Assembly: GCA_030141605.1 (NCBI GenBank)
Contig: JAQGDQ010000329.1
Location: 62,001-126,000, forward strand
Length of the DNA stretch: 64,000 bases
From: Tubiluchus corallicola
Lineage: Eukaryota; Animalia; Priapulida
Reading direction: 5' to 3'
In this document: in pieces, positions 1 to 13,559 of the stretch
How positions within the stretch are numbered: the stretch's first letter is position 1
Layout of the letters: every line of letters starts with the position of its first letter
Program-made: the position numbers and the translations under genes
Notes under the pieces: model-generated
What the model was told of the DNA's origin: nothing
Seen by the model: the letters and a program-made list of their open reading frames with translations, nothing else
The model's database searches: none

Positions 1-2754
1 TGAGGTCCACTAGTCACTAGTATTCACTATGTGAATCCGTTTGGTCCAACTCCTCATAGTAGCAGAGGTACGGCATAGGCCGATTTGCATGAAAAATACC
101 TATTTTTCTCTTTTTTTACTCATATTTGAAGGATTAGCCATGCAGCAACCACTGAGTTTGAATAGATCTGACTCTGCACAGTATTGGATCTTGTTATCTT
201 CTCCAAAATGACATTTCGACTTTTGTCCCAAACCCCCCTCTTTCGGCTCTACTGGGGGGTCTTTAAGCTCACATTACGTACAAGATGCAAATACTCGGTC
301 ATTTCAAAGTCTTATATCTCACCCACTGCGGGGGCGGGGACAAAAATATCGATATGTATGTGAATAGAGCTTCCCATCCCACTATGCTGTAGTGACAATT
401 TCGATGGAACGAATTTCCACCCTATTATAAATGACCTCTGAAAAAGGCATATATCAGGGTGAAAATATAGGTAACAACCTTCATCAAAAAGCTTCGTGTA
501 GATAAACATGAGTTGTCAAATCTTGTCAAAATACTTCAAAACGCCATAAATATTCATCTTTGGCAACTAGGGGCCTGGTCAGCACATTGGTTAAACTACC
601 GACAGGATTGGACTCCAGCATTCAAGATGGCGGCCACTGCTGAACTAAAATGTTCGTTTTCTGGGCTGTTTACCAGCGTTAAATGCGGTATTCTGACTAG
701 TTATCCGCACGAAACGAGTATTGTGAATCTATTAACCTGTACTAAAGACACTAGACCACATTTAGAGCGCTTCCATCTTCAAACAAATGAAATATCCACG
801 GAATGGAAATTGTTTGCAAGGACTGGAAAATGTTTTATGTACTGTTTATTTTCTATGCTTTGTAGATGTTATGTACAGGTTATTACCTCGTTATTATTCA
901 TTGTCTTACATAGACGTACAAACCAGGACACAAAGAAAATTGCCCTAAATCTGAGCGAATGCCCAAAAACTATGGGACAAACTTCCCCACAAAATATCAT
1001 TTGTCCGGTGATTTTTTGACTGTAAAACATCGAAAATTTTTGTGCCATTGGCGCAATTATTCAATCACACTATTATCAATTTTTTTTGTCAGAAATATCG
1101 ATTTTGTGCCACAAATAAATTTTGGGCGAAGAAAAATTTTCTAAGCTAAATATCACCGCCATCCCCTTAGAAGCGGCCCATATGCTTATATTGTCTCGTG
1201 TTTAGACTGTAAGATTTTCGCTTTATCACTTTCCCCATGATATATTTGTCTATATTTCTGTATCTATCTTCTAGGGATAATGTACCTGCATCGATAATTC
1301 TTTCTCTATTATTTAGATATTATGGTTTTGATTACTTGTACTACTCTTCAGTGATAGGATTATGCTGCTACAATAGGAAGAGTATTTCGGACTTAGAGAA
1401 ATTAATTCTGACTGAGTTTTGTAGTTTTTCATTTTTGTACTGATATTCATAATCTTCTCTGTATAGCCATGAAGCTTATTCATATAAAAAGTATAAAAAA
1501 TTAATGGATTTCTATTTTATATGTATATACCGAATATGGTCAGATTTTTTCGCTAGCAAGACTCTCAATCTTAACAATCGGTACTTCTTTTCTAAAAGAG
1601 GGCTTATTGTTTAGTCTTTCCTGGTATCCGCTAGCGATTCAGTGTGTAGAGAATGCCCTGAATCAGGGTCGGACTCGGTACTAGGGGCATGCATGATGTC
1701 CTGTCCTGAAATCCATCAGAAGAGGCAATTATTCATATTTGTAGTCATATGAAAATTCCGACATAACTAAATCAATTTAAGATGAAATTCGCAAATTTCT
1801 AGCAATTTCCATGGCAAAGGAATCTATTGCTACTAGGAAATTAGAGCACTAGTCACAGAAAATGCTGGTTAAACGTGGTCTACTGTCATATACGACCTGA
1901 GCCAAGTATGTCTGCTTTTTACACATGGACGGAATTACTATGGAAAGTAAAAAAGTGTGTTGATATGGCAATTTTTTCTAACAGTGCCCCTCTATATAAT
2001 GTCATTCATGATATTATCTCAGCTCGTGCGTTTTCATGAAATTTAGAATACAGATTTGTCACTTATAATCCAGCATATAGATAGAAAAAATATTGAAAAA
2101 CTACAAAAAAGCGAATTTTGCTGATTTTTGTGAAATTTTAAAGTGCCAGTACTAAATACAGGCTCCAGCGAATTTTCTTTTTTATATTATTAGTGAGGAT
2201 GATGGTCAACACATAAACCGGAAGTTCTGTAGTCCCGCAGTGGGCGAGTTATGAGCCTTACAACCTCTCCCGGGACTCTTAACAAAGAGCCGAATTTGAA
2301 AAATCCCGTTCTCTGATACTATTAATAGTATGTCAGAAAAAGTTAGGATATCAGAAGACAATGTCTGGGTCTATGTACCAGCCAACTTACATCGACCTAT
2401 CTATAATAGTCTATACAGGAGAAAAAGTTAAAATAACCCCCCCCCCAAAAAAATAGCGATTTTTTTGCCTCTTTCGGGGTCAATTTCTTGATGTGGTCAT
2501 TTCTCTGCCAATAGTAGCTCGATCGATTTGATAACTTGATTAAATGGTTTTGGGGGTCGCCCTTCATGTTAGAAAAAAATGATATAAATTCATCACCCCT
2601 CATGTGCCACCCCCTGCTTGGTGCTCTCGCGGACTCGTTCTTAACCTTTATCGTCTCAAAGTTCCTTAACGCATATTACCACACCTATTAAAACATAACA
2701 ATTATATCATTTAAAACTCTTAGTTATTTTAATCAGCTGATGATCATTGCTCAC

Positions 2755-2871
2755 GTGTTTCCGTCATATCCGTAGGGGCAGATGCAATAGAACGTGTAGA
2801 AGTAGAATGGTCTAGGTTTACATGTGCCTCCATTCTGACAAGGATCACCATCACAGGGGTTAATTTCACAA
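2755..2871 (-). CDS. Exon 6 (EGF-like repeat)
   Basis: CEINPCDGDPCQNGGTCKPRPFYFYTFYCICPYGYDGNT, phase 2-2, donor gtgagc. Confidence 0.9.
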
Positions 2872-5800
2872 CTGAAACAGTTATGAAAGCTTTTGAAAGC
2901 TGCACTTGGGGTAAAACAAAACGGCATTAATGAAGTTGTTTATATTGTACGTAATAGTTGATCACTACTGAATGCAAAGAAAGCTAGACAAGCAAATTAC
3001 TTTAATAAAGTAGTAAATTACTGTCATGAACTTCCTGATAGCCACATTAAAAGTTTTATAGAAATTGCCCGAAATGAGCGTGTAAAATTTGCAATATTTT
3101 ATGATGAACAAGAATTTGTTGGTAGGAGTGGTAAAGAAATTAATAGGGAATTAGATGACAGTGATAGTAAACGTGGGGTATATTATATTATAAATTCTAG
3201 GCTGGAGCTGCATAAGGTTTGTTTTAATTGTATTTTGACTGAGTATTTGCAAGGTACCGTACTGGTTTACACCATCTTAGAATTGACAGTGGAAGATGGG
3301 CTAGAACTCCTAGACAAAACAGAATATGTAATTAATTTTTATAACTTAAGGGTTTTACATTTTATGTACATGCTCTTGTGGAATGTCTTGGTACAAAATT
3401 TAATGTTGCGCCTGTGTTTTAATGTGCTTTTACTGAAAGCTAGATATGTGGTTACAATAGTAGCGTATAAGTTAGTTGGTATATATTAATATATTATTAT
3501 ATGTAATTATCTATGTATTATATATATATATAATATATATATATTGTATTATATGTATATATGTAATATATACAATATATATATATATATACAATATATA
3601 TATATAATATACAATATATGTATATTGTATATATGTAATTATTGTATTACATATATATAATATGTATTATATATATGTAATATAATATATGTTTATAATA
3701 TAATAGCTGTGTAATGAAACCTATTTCCTATAAGGTAATATATTGTAATATACTAATGTTAGAAATTCTTACAGTAGCTTAAATAAAAAAAACTTACAAT
3801 CTTCCATGGGTGCCCCATTGACAGTAACAGGAAAAAGCGTTATATCCATACTGTCCAGGTGTTACGCACATTCCATCATTCAGGCATGGGTTAGGTTCAC
3901 ATGGATTCGTACGAGTCTCACATCTGCAACAAGAACAACTATGTGCAAAGAGGACAGAAACTTGTTAATTCGACTCATTTCTTTACGCGGTTACATTTTG
4001 GAGAGTTTTTTCTCTTTTGGCATCTTTGATTTACCGTGCTTTAGCTGTCAAAAAGGCAAGGCAGTAACTTTGCACCTCTCTGTTGTTATCTGTTACTGTT
4101 GCTGTTGTCGTTTGCTGTTACCGCTGTTAATGTCGCTACCGTTCAGTCGCTATTGCTGTCACTAGCGCCACCGATTTTTACTTGTTCGTACATGTATTTC
4201 AATATGTTAATAACTCATAGAGAATTTTTTCACATATTTCTTCCAAGCCAGTACGACTTTGCTTGAACATCTTCAGAAAAAAATTAGCCATTCGACAGTA
4301 TCGTTGTTGCTGTAAGTCAAACCTTAAGTGAATCACGGCTCGAGTCTTAACTACAACCGTGACGTGACATTTGGTTAAAGCAAAATCGTCTGCCGCGTCA
4401 GTTTGTTTAGTTGTTTTACGCTGACACACTGACTTTACTTAATTATGCATTAGTCTCTGGGTAGAGTGATTTACTATAAGGATTTTGGTTGAGAACAAGA
4501 TAAAATGGAGTAGTCAAGGTTCTAGCTAGCTGTTAAAACTGTTATTACAACAGAATGGGCTGTGTAGCGTTGTCAAGTGTATACAAGTGCGTTAAGTACT
4601 TAACTGCTGACCTTTTCACGATCTTCATCAATCGCTGGAACTGTGAAAAGGCTTTTAGCATTAAAACAGCGTTTTTGTGAATTTAGAGCATCAGCTAAAA
4701 GTTCATTTAAACTGTAATTATTCCAAATCAGTTTAAGAATAAATTGATAAGGCAATACATAATGGTTAAAAGTAAAACAGACGATCAGTCCCTCCAGGAT
4801 TTATTAATGAGCGTTTACTTACCGTTCACCCTCGTATCCATATGGGCAATCGCAGTAAGCCTCGTAGCCTCTTTGGACACAAGTTCCATCATTCAAACAG
4901 GGATTGGGATAACAAGGATTCACTTCAGTCTCACAGATAGAACCTTCAAATCCATGACGACAGTGGCATTGAAAATCATATGCCATGTAGGGTGGTAATA
5001 GTTCACACCACCCTTCATTTCTGCAGGGATTTGGATGGCAGGGATTACCATCTGAAAACACAAAATTATTATGTAAAAAATATATTGTTTTTTTGCATTT
5101 GTCAAAATTAGTCTTGTATAGTACATAATATGTCTCTTTAACACATGATCATGTTTTACATGTGTAAAAATGCTGACCGGAAAGCATATACGCTATGACT
5201 TACTATACCGATGTAAAAGGTGTACGTCTGACTATCGTATAAAACGAGGGTCATACCAGAACAAAACTGTTTCATGTTTATGAAAGCCAATGTAAAAATT
5301 GGTCCTAGAAATGCGATAACCAAAGAGGTCTTTGGGTTGCACTGAAGTATATCGCAAAGTAGCGGCCCACCAGCAAGTAGCACTTGGAATTTGTTAGTAT
5401 ATGTAATTTGTACAAGAGAGAAAAGAAATATGTAATAAATGTGAAAAAGGAAAAGTAAGGCAGGTCAGTAAGAACAGAATAGCGCTAAAAAAATTTGGAG
5501 AAAGAAGGTCATGGGAGTAGGTTTACATATTACAGTTTTAGTTGTTTGGGAGGTGATTATAATCTCATTTATGCAGGAGTGTAATTATAATCATAAAAAT
5601 AGCTTGTATTAATAGAGAGAAATTTTATATACGTATAGTTATAATATTTTGCAAGGAATATGTTATGAAAGGAGTAAGGAAGACAAAAACAACTACAAAT
5701 ACAGGTTTTTGGAGTCGTCAAGAGGAACTTGAAAGTTGAGTTTCGACCTTTCAAATGGATGAAAATAATAAGAAAATGTACAATAAAACGTCTCCACGGC

Positions 5801-8800
5801 CAAAACTTAACAATATTGCAATAAGTTAGATGCTTCATGTGTACGTTAAGCTCGCAAACATGTATAAGTACTAGATAGAACAGAATTGGATTATCAAGGC
5901 ACATGCAGGACCATAATATCATCAACATTTTCCTTATGTCAGTCATCGGCTGAACATTGATAAAAGTTCATTTTTCAATTTCTGAAAAACTTTGTTTCAC
6001 ATTATTTCAATAATCTACCAATTTTTGTTGTTTAACCATTAATAAGAGCAATTAAAATAATGTAGAGCTTTCTTACTTTATTTCAGGTAGAATTAATCAG
6101 TTATAATTACACGTGGTACCTCTACAAACACCTTCGTAAGGATATGCGTGTGCACCCATATCTTTAGACTCGCATGTGAATGGTGGTTTGCAAGCAGTAC
6201 ATCCAGAGTTATCGCCATCAATCGTAATTAGACAAGAATCGCCAATTTCTGCAGATTTTTTACAAAAGGCTGGAAAAATATGAATAAAAGTTGTTAAATT
6301 TTCAGTTATCAGCCTTATGGGTCTAAGTAAATCATGAGAATTGTTGTTTACATAAACATGAACATAAGCTGTCGTCACGCTAAAGTTGTCGCTGGGGTGA
6401 GAGTCAACAACTGACATTGGCAGGTTTAACAGACTATTTTTGTAGTTGCGATGTTCGTGTTAAACAGATGAAATCACTGGATGAAAACATAGTTTAACTT
6501 TGCGATCTGTATTTTACTCAATATCATTGTCTCATAGTCAGTCCACATATATACGAAAATGGTAAGAATAATCAACAGTAGTAAACAAATGTTAACCCTT
6601 TCATACCCGTTGTATCCCGTGGGATACGAGAACATTTTCTGCCTTTAAAATTAATGAATTTTAAAACTGACAGTTATTTGATCTGTTAATAGTTATTTTG
6701 ATTTAAGCCAATAACAATAGACTAAAGATGATGATAAAATGGCAAACTAGAAAATCTACATAGCATAAAAAAACTGCGCAAGGTACAGTACTTTAGAGAC
6801 GACTTTTTACAGATCAGCATAGCGTGCATACTAAATGTCTCAAATACTTTAAAAAATTATCAGCAGTTGCAAAATGAAGCACATTTTATGCTTTCATTGA
6901 ATCCCAATGTATCCCATGGGATACAGACCACATTTAGCACGCGGGCACAGGTAGAAAAAATAATTACTATGGGTAAACAAGATGGACATACTGAAATTTT
7001 TTTCTTATTAAAAAAATAATTTGGGACTGAAAGGGTTAAAGTAAAATCCATTAGCCAATATATCATGGCGCCTGAGTCAAAACGTTATTATAACCACACA
7101 ACTGTTTAAGCCTATTGCTTGTCCTCTGATCTTACTACCAAGTGTGAAAAACTAGTCTACATTCACAGAGAAGCCCAGTAGCCCAGTTCCATACAAACAT
7201 ATAGCAATAGCAAGAACATACATATATTGGAAACTTCCAAGTGTACAAACAGATGTCAGCACTGGCTAACTGTAAATTAAATGCTCGCATCTGAGCCATA
7301 AGCAGACATTTACTTTTTCCTATCTCTACGCCGACAAGTTATTTTTAAAAATTAAACAGACATTAAATGGAGCAGCAACCATTTTCAGAGCAGCAACCAA
7401 AATTTTTTCCCTTTTGGTCTAGGAACCCATTTGGTTTACAGGTAGTTAGAGGTTAGAGGTAGAATCCCACCATTATCAAGGAAATCATTTTCTTTAAAGC
7501 TGGTTAATTAACTTACAACTACGTATTTTAGTATAAAATTATTCTGACTACGGAGCTGATTTTAATAATTTTAGGATTGTGACCAGAACTACAAATAGCT
7601 GGGTCTTTTTAAAAAACGTAAGTTTATCGATGTATCCTAACAAGCCTTCTGTTAATGTACAAAGTAGTTCAATTCCAGTAACTTTATTTTCAACACCTAC
7701 TATATTATAATTATTAACACTTATTATTAACAACTACAATACTTCTCTAGCGGGCTGTTCAGAATGCGCCCCCCCCTCACGTTTTCTGATTTTATTTATC
7801 GCCAAAATTCCAAAAGCTATGTCTTTCTATCTATTGCTTATGGCTTTTTGTGTTTGGAAGGTAAAGGAAGGAAACTATTGCGCTATAATGGGGGTCTACA
7901 ACTGTCATTTATCTAAAAAGGTAATTAAAGATGGGAAAGAAATTAAAATGCGACTAATGCGTAAACTAACTGTCATAGCCCTCTTTTGTATCACGCTTGA
8001 TGCAGCAAAGATTGGACGGGCAGTCTGCCCTGTTTTTGCATAGCCTTTCACCGGGAACCTAGAGAAAAAAAATAATAATGAATCCGCATTACTGATAAAG
8101 CAGCATGTTTATTAATAATAAATCAAATCAAGTCAAATCAATTTATTTCACTCCAGCAATGCATATACAATACATAAACCTACAATATGATTGAAAAAAG
8201 AAAAACGTATAGGTAAAAAAGGTTGATGAAGTCAAATTAACCAAACAAAAGAGTTACTGTATGACAAGTTGAAAGCTAGGCTTGTTAAGGTGACACAAAT
8301 AAGTGCATGAATGAATAAGTGAATAATATAAGGACTCCCGCGATTTTCAACATGAAGAGATCAACAAAACCAGGAATCAGCAGATCATCAACATGCCAAC
8401 ATTGAAGTCATAAAGTCTGACAAAATGAGTAAGCACACAGCCAAAGAGAAAGAGACAGTAAAAGCTCAGGAAATCATGCATTAACCAACAACAGAAGTCC
8501 AAGACCCAGAGACCACGGTAAAATAAATACAGGCAATCATCGATATTATGCACGGATATTTCCAGCAGTTAGACCAAGTGGACGAGGAGATATAGAGTAA
8601 AGAATCAAGGAAAATATTTATCAGATGCTGCATGATATGGATGATGCTTCCGGTACACTCAGTAGCACGTGCATTAATTTTACGATTGATCAGCAGAACA
8701 TAACAGACCCAGCAGAGAAATGAGTGTATCGCAATCTAGATGAGTCACTGCAAAGGGCACAGCCAGAACCACAGTCACGGCACAGTCAGAAGCAGCTACA

Positions 8801-11800
8801 GAACGAGCAGAGCCACAGCACAATCAGCACACCAGTTTTTGACTGCCAAATTCGACATTTTATTTACAAATGTGAATTGATCAGATTTCCACATGAGTTG
8901 CATTTTCCGCAGCAGTAGGCAACAAAGCTGATTTTTTACTATAACGAGTTCAACTATCTGATCGACAAGCTATGAAGAGAAACATTACATGCCATAGCAG
9001 GTTATCAGTTCACTAAAGCAAATTATCCCTCAGTAATTGATGTACTCCGACTACCACTTGAGAAAATGCAAGTCGTGATTCTACAACTCATTCATACATT
9101 CAACAGTTTGTACAAAGCTCTTCATATACATCACATCACTAGCGATGGTCAAAAAGAGAGCTGGGCATATCATTCTCGATACCACAATGCGCTCCAGACC
9201 AAGTTGACCGACAGGAAATGTTCAAAATTTTCTGATATGCAACCACTACATAGCAAACATACAATTTATACAAGAGAAATTGAAATTGACAGAGGCTGCA
9301 TCAGATAACGTAGACAATATACAGTGAAGTATTTCCAGTTTTAGATGAAAACGACCAGCTAAACCAAACAATCCATGCATAACTGTAGAGGTCTACTGTG
9401 GATGGATTAGTATTCAACTGATAAAATGATTGCGCAGACAAAAAGAAGGATGAATGATATATTTTTATATTCTTGAAGTCATGTCATTATTCTAGAAGCT
9501 GACATGCAGACATGTCTTGCAAGCACTGTAACAAACGAAAAATACGCCATATTCTGTATTAAACTCTGTTGGCAAATAAGGACAAAGTTATCAATATCAT
9601 CCAAACTGCATTAACCTGTTTGATAATGGAAGCATGCAGTCATTTTATCACACAGGAACTAGCCTTTAGATAGAAACTGCATATCAACAATGTCTGTAGC
9701 CAGCAAGTGAACATCGGGAACAGCTGTGCCAGCAACATTAATACATTCTAGAAGCTATGACGAAACGATTATTTGTCGCGACTATCTCAGCTGAAACACT
9801 TAGTGGGCACTCTGCTGTCCTAATAAAAGGCAACTTACCACGTTATCCGCGTTGTCACAAACACCATCGTGAGGGAAGAAGAATTCTTTCTGCATGCATA
9901 CTAAGGGCTGCTTGCATGGACATGGCTGTTTGTATTCATCCAAAATAAGGCATGGATCACCTTTCTCTCGATTCAGCCTGCAAAAGCCTGGAAAAGATGC
10001 AAAGTTTCAATTGTCAGTCAGTTTGCTGAAAATATAAAACTTATGCCACTTATTGAATTTTAGCAAAATGTTTTGTCAAATATACATTGGCAGACACTTA
10101 CTCTTTCTTCAGCTCTGGTCAAGCAGAGTGATTTTCACATAAAACGAAAAATATTAATTGCCATTTTCAGAACTGCAGTCAGAATTCCTTTCAATTTTTA
10201 TCAAAGAGCCATTTGCTTAAAAACCACGTGTAGTTAGAACCGGAGCGTCATATGAGACATCAATCTCAGGCAATTTATAATTCTTTGAATGTTACCTTTC
10301 GTTAACTTAACTAGTTACCTTAAAGAGAATTAAGTAGTTCACAACCAGAAACTTTTACAAAATTAATTTTTTATTTGTGCAACCTTACAGCTTTTTAGCA
10401 ACCCCCTCTACTGATTTCCGCAACGTTTCTGCAACCTTATTGAGTCAAAGTCAAATAATTGTACTTACTGTCATACCCTCCTTTTATACTAGTGTTTGGT
10501 ACAAAGACGCAGCAATGGTTGTCTGGACAGTCAGCATCAGTAGAACATTGTCTTTCGAAACTGTGAACCACCTATGAAACAACAGAGTTGTCAAGCCGTT
10601 AATCTCTGCCTACTTCTAGGTTGACAGTCCAGAAAAAACGTTCCACTAAATTAACTCTACGCCCTCCCCCTGAGGCGTCTGTTAACCCTTTCATACCCGT
10701 TGTATCCCGTGGGATACGAGAATATTTTCTGCCTTTAAAATTAATAAAATTTTAAAACTGACAGTTATTTGACCTGTTAATAGTTATTTTGATTTATGCC
10801 AATAACAATAGACTAAAAATGGTGATAAAATGGCAAACTAGAAAATCTACATAGCATGAAAAACTGTGCAAGGTACAGTACTTCAGAGACGACTTTGTAC
10901 AGATCAGCATAGCATGCATACTAAATGTCTCAAATACTTTAAAAAATTATCAGCAGTTGCAAAATGAAGCACATTTTATGCTTTCATTGAATCCCAATGT
11001 ATCCCGTGGGATACAGGCTATATTAAGCACGCGGGCACAGGTAGAAAAAAATTATTATGTGTAAACAAGATGAATATACTGAACAAAAGTACCAAGCCAA
11101 AAAAAATTGGGACTGAAAGGGTTAATTGCAGACTGTCTGTCGTCGCCTTCTCTTTCCAAAGAGTTTTCTTACGCTGTATTCCTCCATAGAACGATTGTAG
11201 AAAAACCTCCAAAAATGCTTTTTTACTCGTTGCCTGAATGCGGTACAGAAAAATTGGAGCGAAATTTATAGCTCTTTGGGAAGAAGAGAAGCCGATGATG
11301 AGGGCCTCTTACAAACGTTTCTACTAGGATGAGGGTTCACGAGTTAGTAAGGGGAACGTTTTTTCTGGACAATCTCGTAAAACCGTATCATCTACGAAGA
11401 AAACGTAAAAAAGAATTCTACCATGATGAAAATAAGATAGCGCTTTTCTGAGACTTGTCGTAATAATCGTAAAAGAAGTTCAAATGCTCATAAATCTCTA
11501 TCGGCACGAAAGCTCATGAAAAATAAAAAAAATATTAAGATTTATGAGCATTTTGACTTCTTTAATGATTCTACCATGATGAGTTTGATTACACTTCTTC
11601 CAGAGCTAATACTCGCATTGGTTACTTAACATGCACTTAGCATCAACGAAGATGTAAATGCATGCAAAATTATTCGATTTTTATTACGGTCCAACGAACT
11701 TCAAGATGGCAGAAAGTGCGGGTACTGATTCTCCCGCTTCCTTCCCTAGTATGCAGGGCTTGTTTGCTTTGTTGAGCTTCACTAACAACACAAAATGCGC

Positions 11801-12575
11801 GCTTGCCAGCACAAGACTGCCCATTTTCAAAGTGTGGTACTATGATCTTTCTTTAGTCACCAGTTAATACTGACCGGTTGTGAATTTGATTGTCTTATTG
11901 TTTAATCTAGTGACCTTGATACTATTCTACAAACATTGTTAATGGTCCAGATGGACTTGCGAACGACCGCATCTCGGGTTTTCACTACAGGGAGTAATAT
12001 TCACTACTAAGACTTCATTTCTCCTCTGTCATAAAATTACTCACAGTAAAAAATAGATAAAAGCGGTTTATAATGTTTTCAGCGCACCCCTTTTATGCTG
12101 CTGCGCATGCGTTATTCTTCTGCAGCTGTTCGTATTGCTATTCCGCAACTGAAAAACGCATCCGCATCCGCATCTGAATGCTGCATCTACGCCACTTAAA
12201 GGTGAAAAATTCGTCTTAGGCGTAGATCGTTTTAAAGAATTTTAGATAACACGTCGCTAACTAAGCCAAAGCAAAAATAATTACTATGGCTTGTCAATAC
12301 GATAAAAAATAGATTTTTGCTGAGTCAGTTGGGCACACTGGGTGGGTAGGTGTGTCAGTGACGTTTCACCAGTTGGTGCAAACATTTTAAATTAAGATTC
12401 TTTTTTACACAGGTCTTTCAAGGAAGTAAAGCTAAGTAACATATTTTTGTGTAGGAAGTTTTTTTGGATGTAATTTAAAATTGTCTTTTCTTCCGTTTAA
12501 ACTAATTTGTAAAAATAGTCTCACCTGAAGGAAAACCACTGTACAAATCAGCTTCAGCATCGCGAACTGTTCCAT
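2755..12575 (-). CDS. Secreted protein: signal peptide + prokineticin/astakine-like Cys-rich domain + >=4 EGF-like repeats (multi-exon, 3' end probably outside window)
   Basis: Exons 12575-12525, 10571-10469, 6269-6120, 5051-4823, 3923-3798 and 2871-2755 all have GT-AG boundaries with matching phases (0,1,1,2,2). Spliced protein: MEQFAMLKLICTVVFLQVVHSFERQCSTDADCPDNHCCVFVPNTSIKGGYDTFCKKSAEIGDSCLITIDGDNSGCTACKPPFTCESKDMGAHAYPYEGVCRDGNPCHPNPCRNEGWC...CEINPCDGDPCQNGGTCKPRPFYFYTFYCICPYGYDGNT. No stop reached. Confidence 0.88.
3490..3700. repeat. AT-rich low-complexity/(TA)n-derived tract
   Basis: Almost exclusively A/T, with TATA-type periodicity. Confidence 0.85.
3798..3923 (-). CDS. Exon 5 (EGF-like repeat)
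   Basis: CETRTNPCEPNPCLNDGMCVTPGQYGYNAFSCYCQWGTHGR, phase 2-2. Confidence 0.9.
4305..4655 (+). repeat. Dispersed repeat, copy 1 (copy 2 at ~26140-26475)
   Basis: Shared collinear blocks gtcttaactacaaccg, cgtctgccgcgt, tttacttaattatgcat, gctggaactgtgaaaaggctt. Confidence 0.75.
4823..5051 (-). CDS. Exon 4 (two EGF-like repeats)
   Basis: NPCHPNPCRNEGWC...CHCRHGFEGSIC and NPCYPNPCLNDGTC...CDCPYGYEGER; canonical splice sites. Confidence 0.92.
6120..6269 (-). CDS. Exon 3 (second half of prokineticin-like domain)
   Basis: ttttccag acceptor, FCKKSAEIGDSC...CTACKPPFTC...GVCR, phase 1-1. Confidence 0.82.
6596..7035. mobile_element. piggyBac-type MITE, copy 1
   Basis: TTAA on both sides (6592-6595, 7036-7039); termini CCCTTTCA...TGAAAGGG; subterminal palindromes gtatcccgtgggatac. 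Confidence 0.85.
8120..8330 (-). mobile_element. Probable 3' end of a degraded CR1/L2-type LINE
   Basis: On the minus strand, aataaa followed by a (TTTGA)n-like tail; no recognisable ORF upstream. Confidence 0.35.
10469..10571 (-). CDS. Exon 2 (C-x5-C-x4-CC) of prokineticin-like/EGF gene
   Basis: ttcatag acceptor, VVHSFERQCSTDADCPDNHCCVFVPNTSIKGGYD, gtaagt donor. Confidence 0.8.
10686..11121. mobile_element. piggyBac-type MITE, copy 2
   Basis: Near-identical to 6596-7035; TTAA flanks at 10682-10685 and 11122-11125. Confidence 0.85.
12525..12575 (-). CDS. Exon 1 (signal peptide) of prokineticin-like/EGF gene
   Basis: ATG at 12575, MEQFAMLKLICTVVFLQ, donor gtgaga, phase 0. Confidence 0.75.
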
Positions 12576-13127
12576 TGTTGGAGCTTCTGTCGAATTCTTT
12601 CTCGTGCTGCGATATGCAAAGTGAACAAAGCAAACCACTGAATAAGCTTTTATTTTCAAAATTTGCTGAAGCTGCAAATCTGCGAGGGTAATCAAGGGCA
12701 GATACAGGCTTCAGAAAACTGGTAGGCCCAAAAAGAAGGGTGTCTGGAGGAGCGCCTTAAGCTCTCCCAACACGGTCCCGGACATCAGTGCATTTTACTG
12801 CATTTTGACCATTTCTGTAGCTTCTAAAAGCTATTTCCTAAAGAAATTTCATTAGTTTAAAACACGCGTAACCCCAAACTTTTGACTCATAATTACACAA
12901 AAATATATATTGATATGCAATGTTCACTAGACTGTGTTTATGACTAAGTCATAAACTCACGATTCTGTAGTATGACGAAAACTGCAAATGCTGACTATGA
13001 AAATCTTTGCTGACTTGATATTTGTTTCAAGATCATAATTTTGCTATTGCTGAATTCTCCATGTTTTATTACCTGGGAAATGTATTATAGCTCGTTTCTC
13101 CATTTAATCCACATTAAAGAATTCAAG

Positions 13128-13412
13128 TATAGGAAACCATTTAAAAAATATTGGCTATAATTGTTTACTTTCATTCTACGGCATGTTGTACTATAAAATA
13201 TAGAGAACCATTTAAAAAAATATTGGCTATAATTGCTTACTTTCATTCTACGGCATGTTGTACTATAAAATATAGGGAACCATTTAAAAAATATTGGCTA
13301 TAATTGCTTACTTTCATTCTACGACATGTTGTACTATAAAATATAGAGAACCATTTAAAAAAATATTGGCTATAATTGTTTACTTTCATTCTACGGCATG
13401 TTGTACTACAAA
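13128..13412. repeat. Minisatellite, ~71-bp unit x4
   Basis: Repeated aaccatttaaaaaatattggctataattg(t/c)ttactttcattctacggcatgttgtactataaaatatag. Confidence 0.92.
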
Positions 13413-13559
13413 AGCACTTTCTTTCTAGCACTTTAAAATCTGGCAAATTCAATTCGGTTGTAATTCTGCTTGCAGAGTACGGATATTCAACCCTGAAAAA
13501 TTCGGCTAAATCCTATATTAAATACTGCTCTGATATTTGTTAGATTGTGGTTAAGAAAT

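Noticed and set aside
1-2640. ORF 513-1019 and possible Kolobok/Helentron-type MITE ends
   Set aside because: ORF has no motif or splice support; paired termini and TSDs could not be established
8330-10330. Possible LINE body or nested gene in intron 2 of the EGF gene
   Set aside because: No sustained ORF or convincing RT motif
13128-13412. Regular repeats superficially like a CRISPR array
   Set aside because: No unique spacers, head-to-tail minisatellite, eukaryotic context, no cas genes
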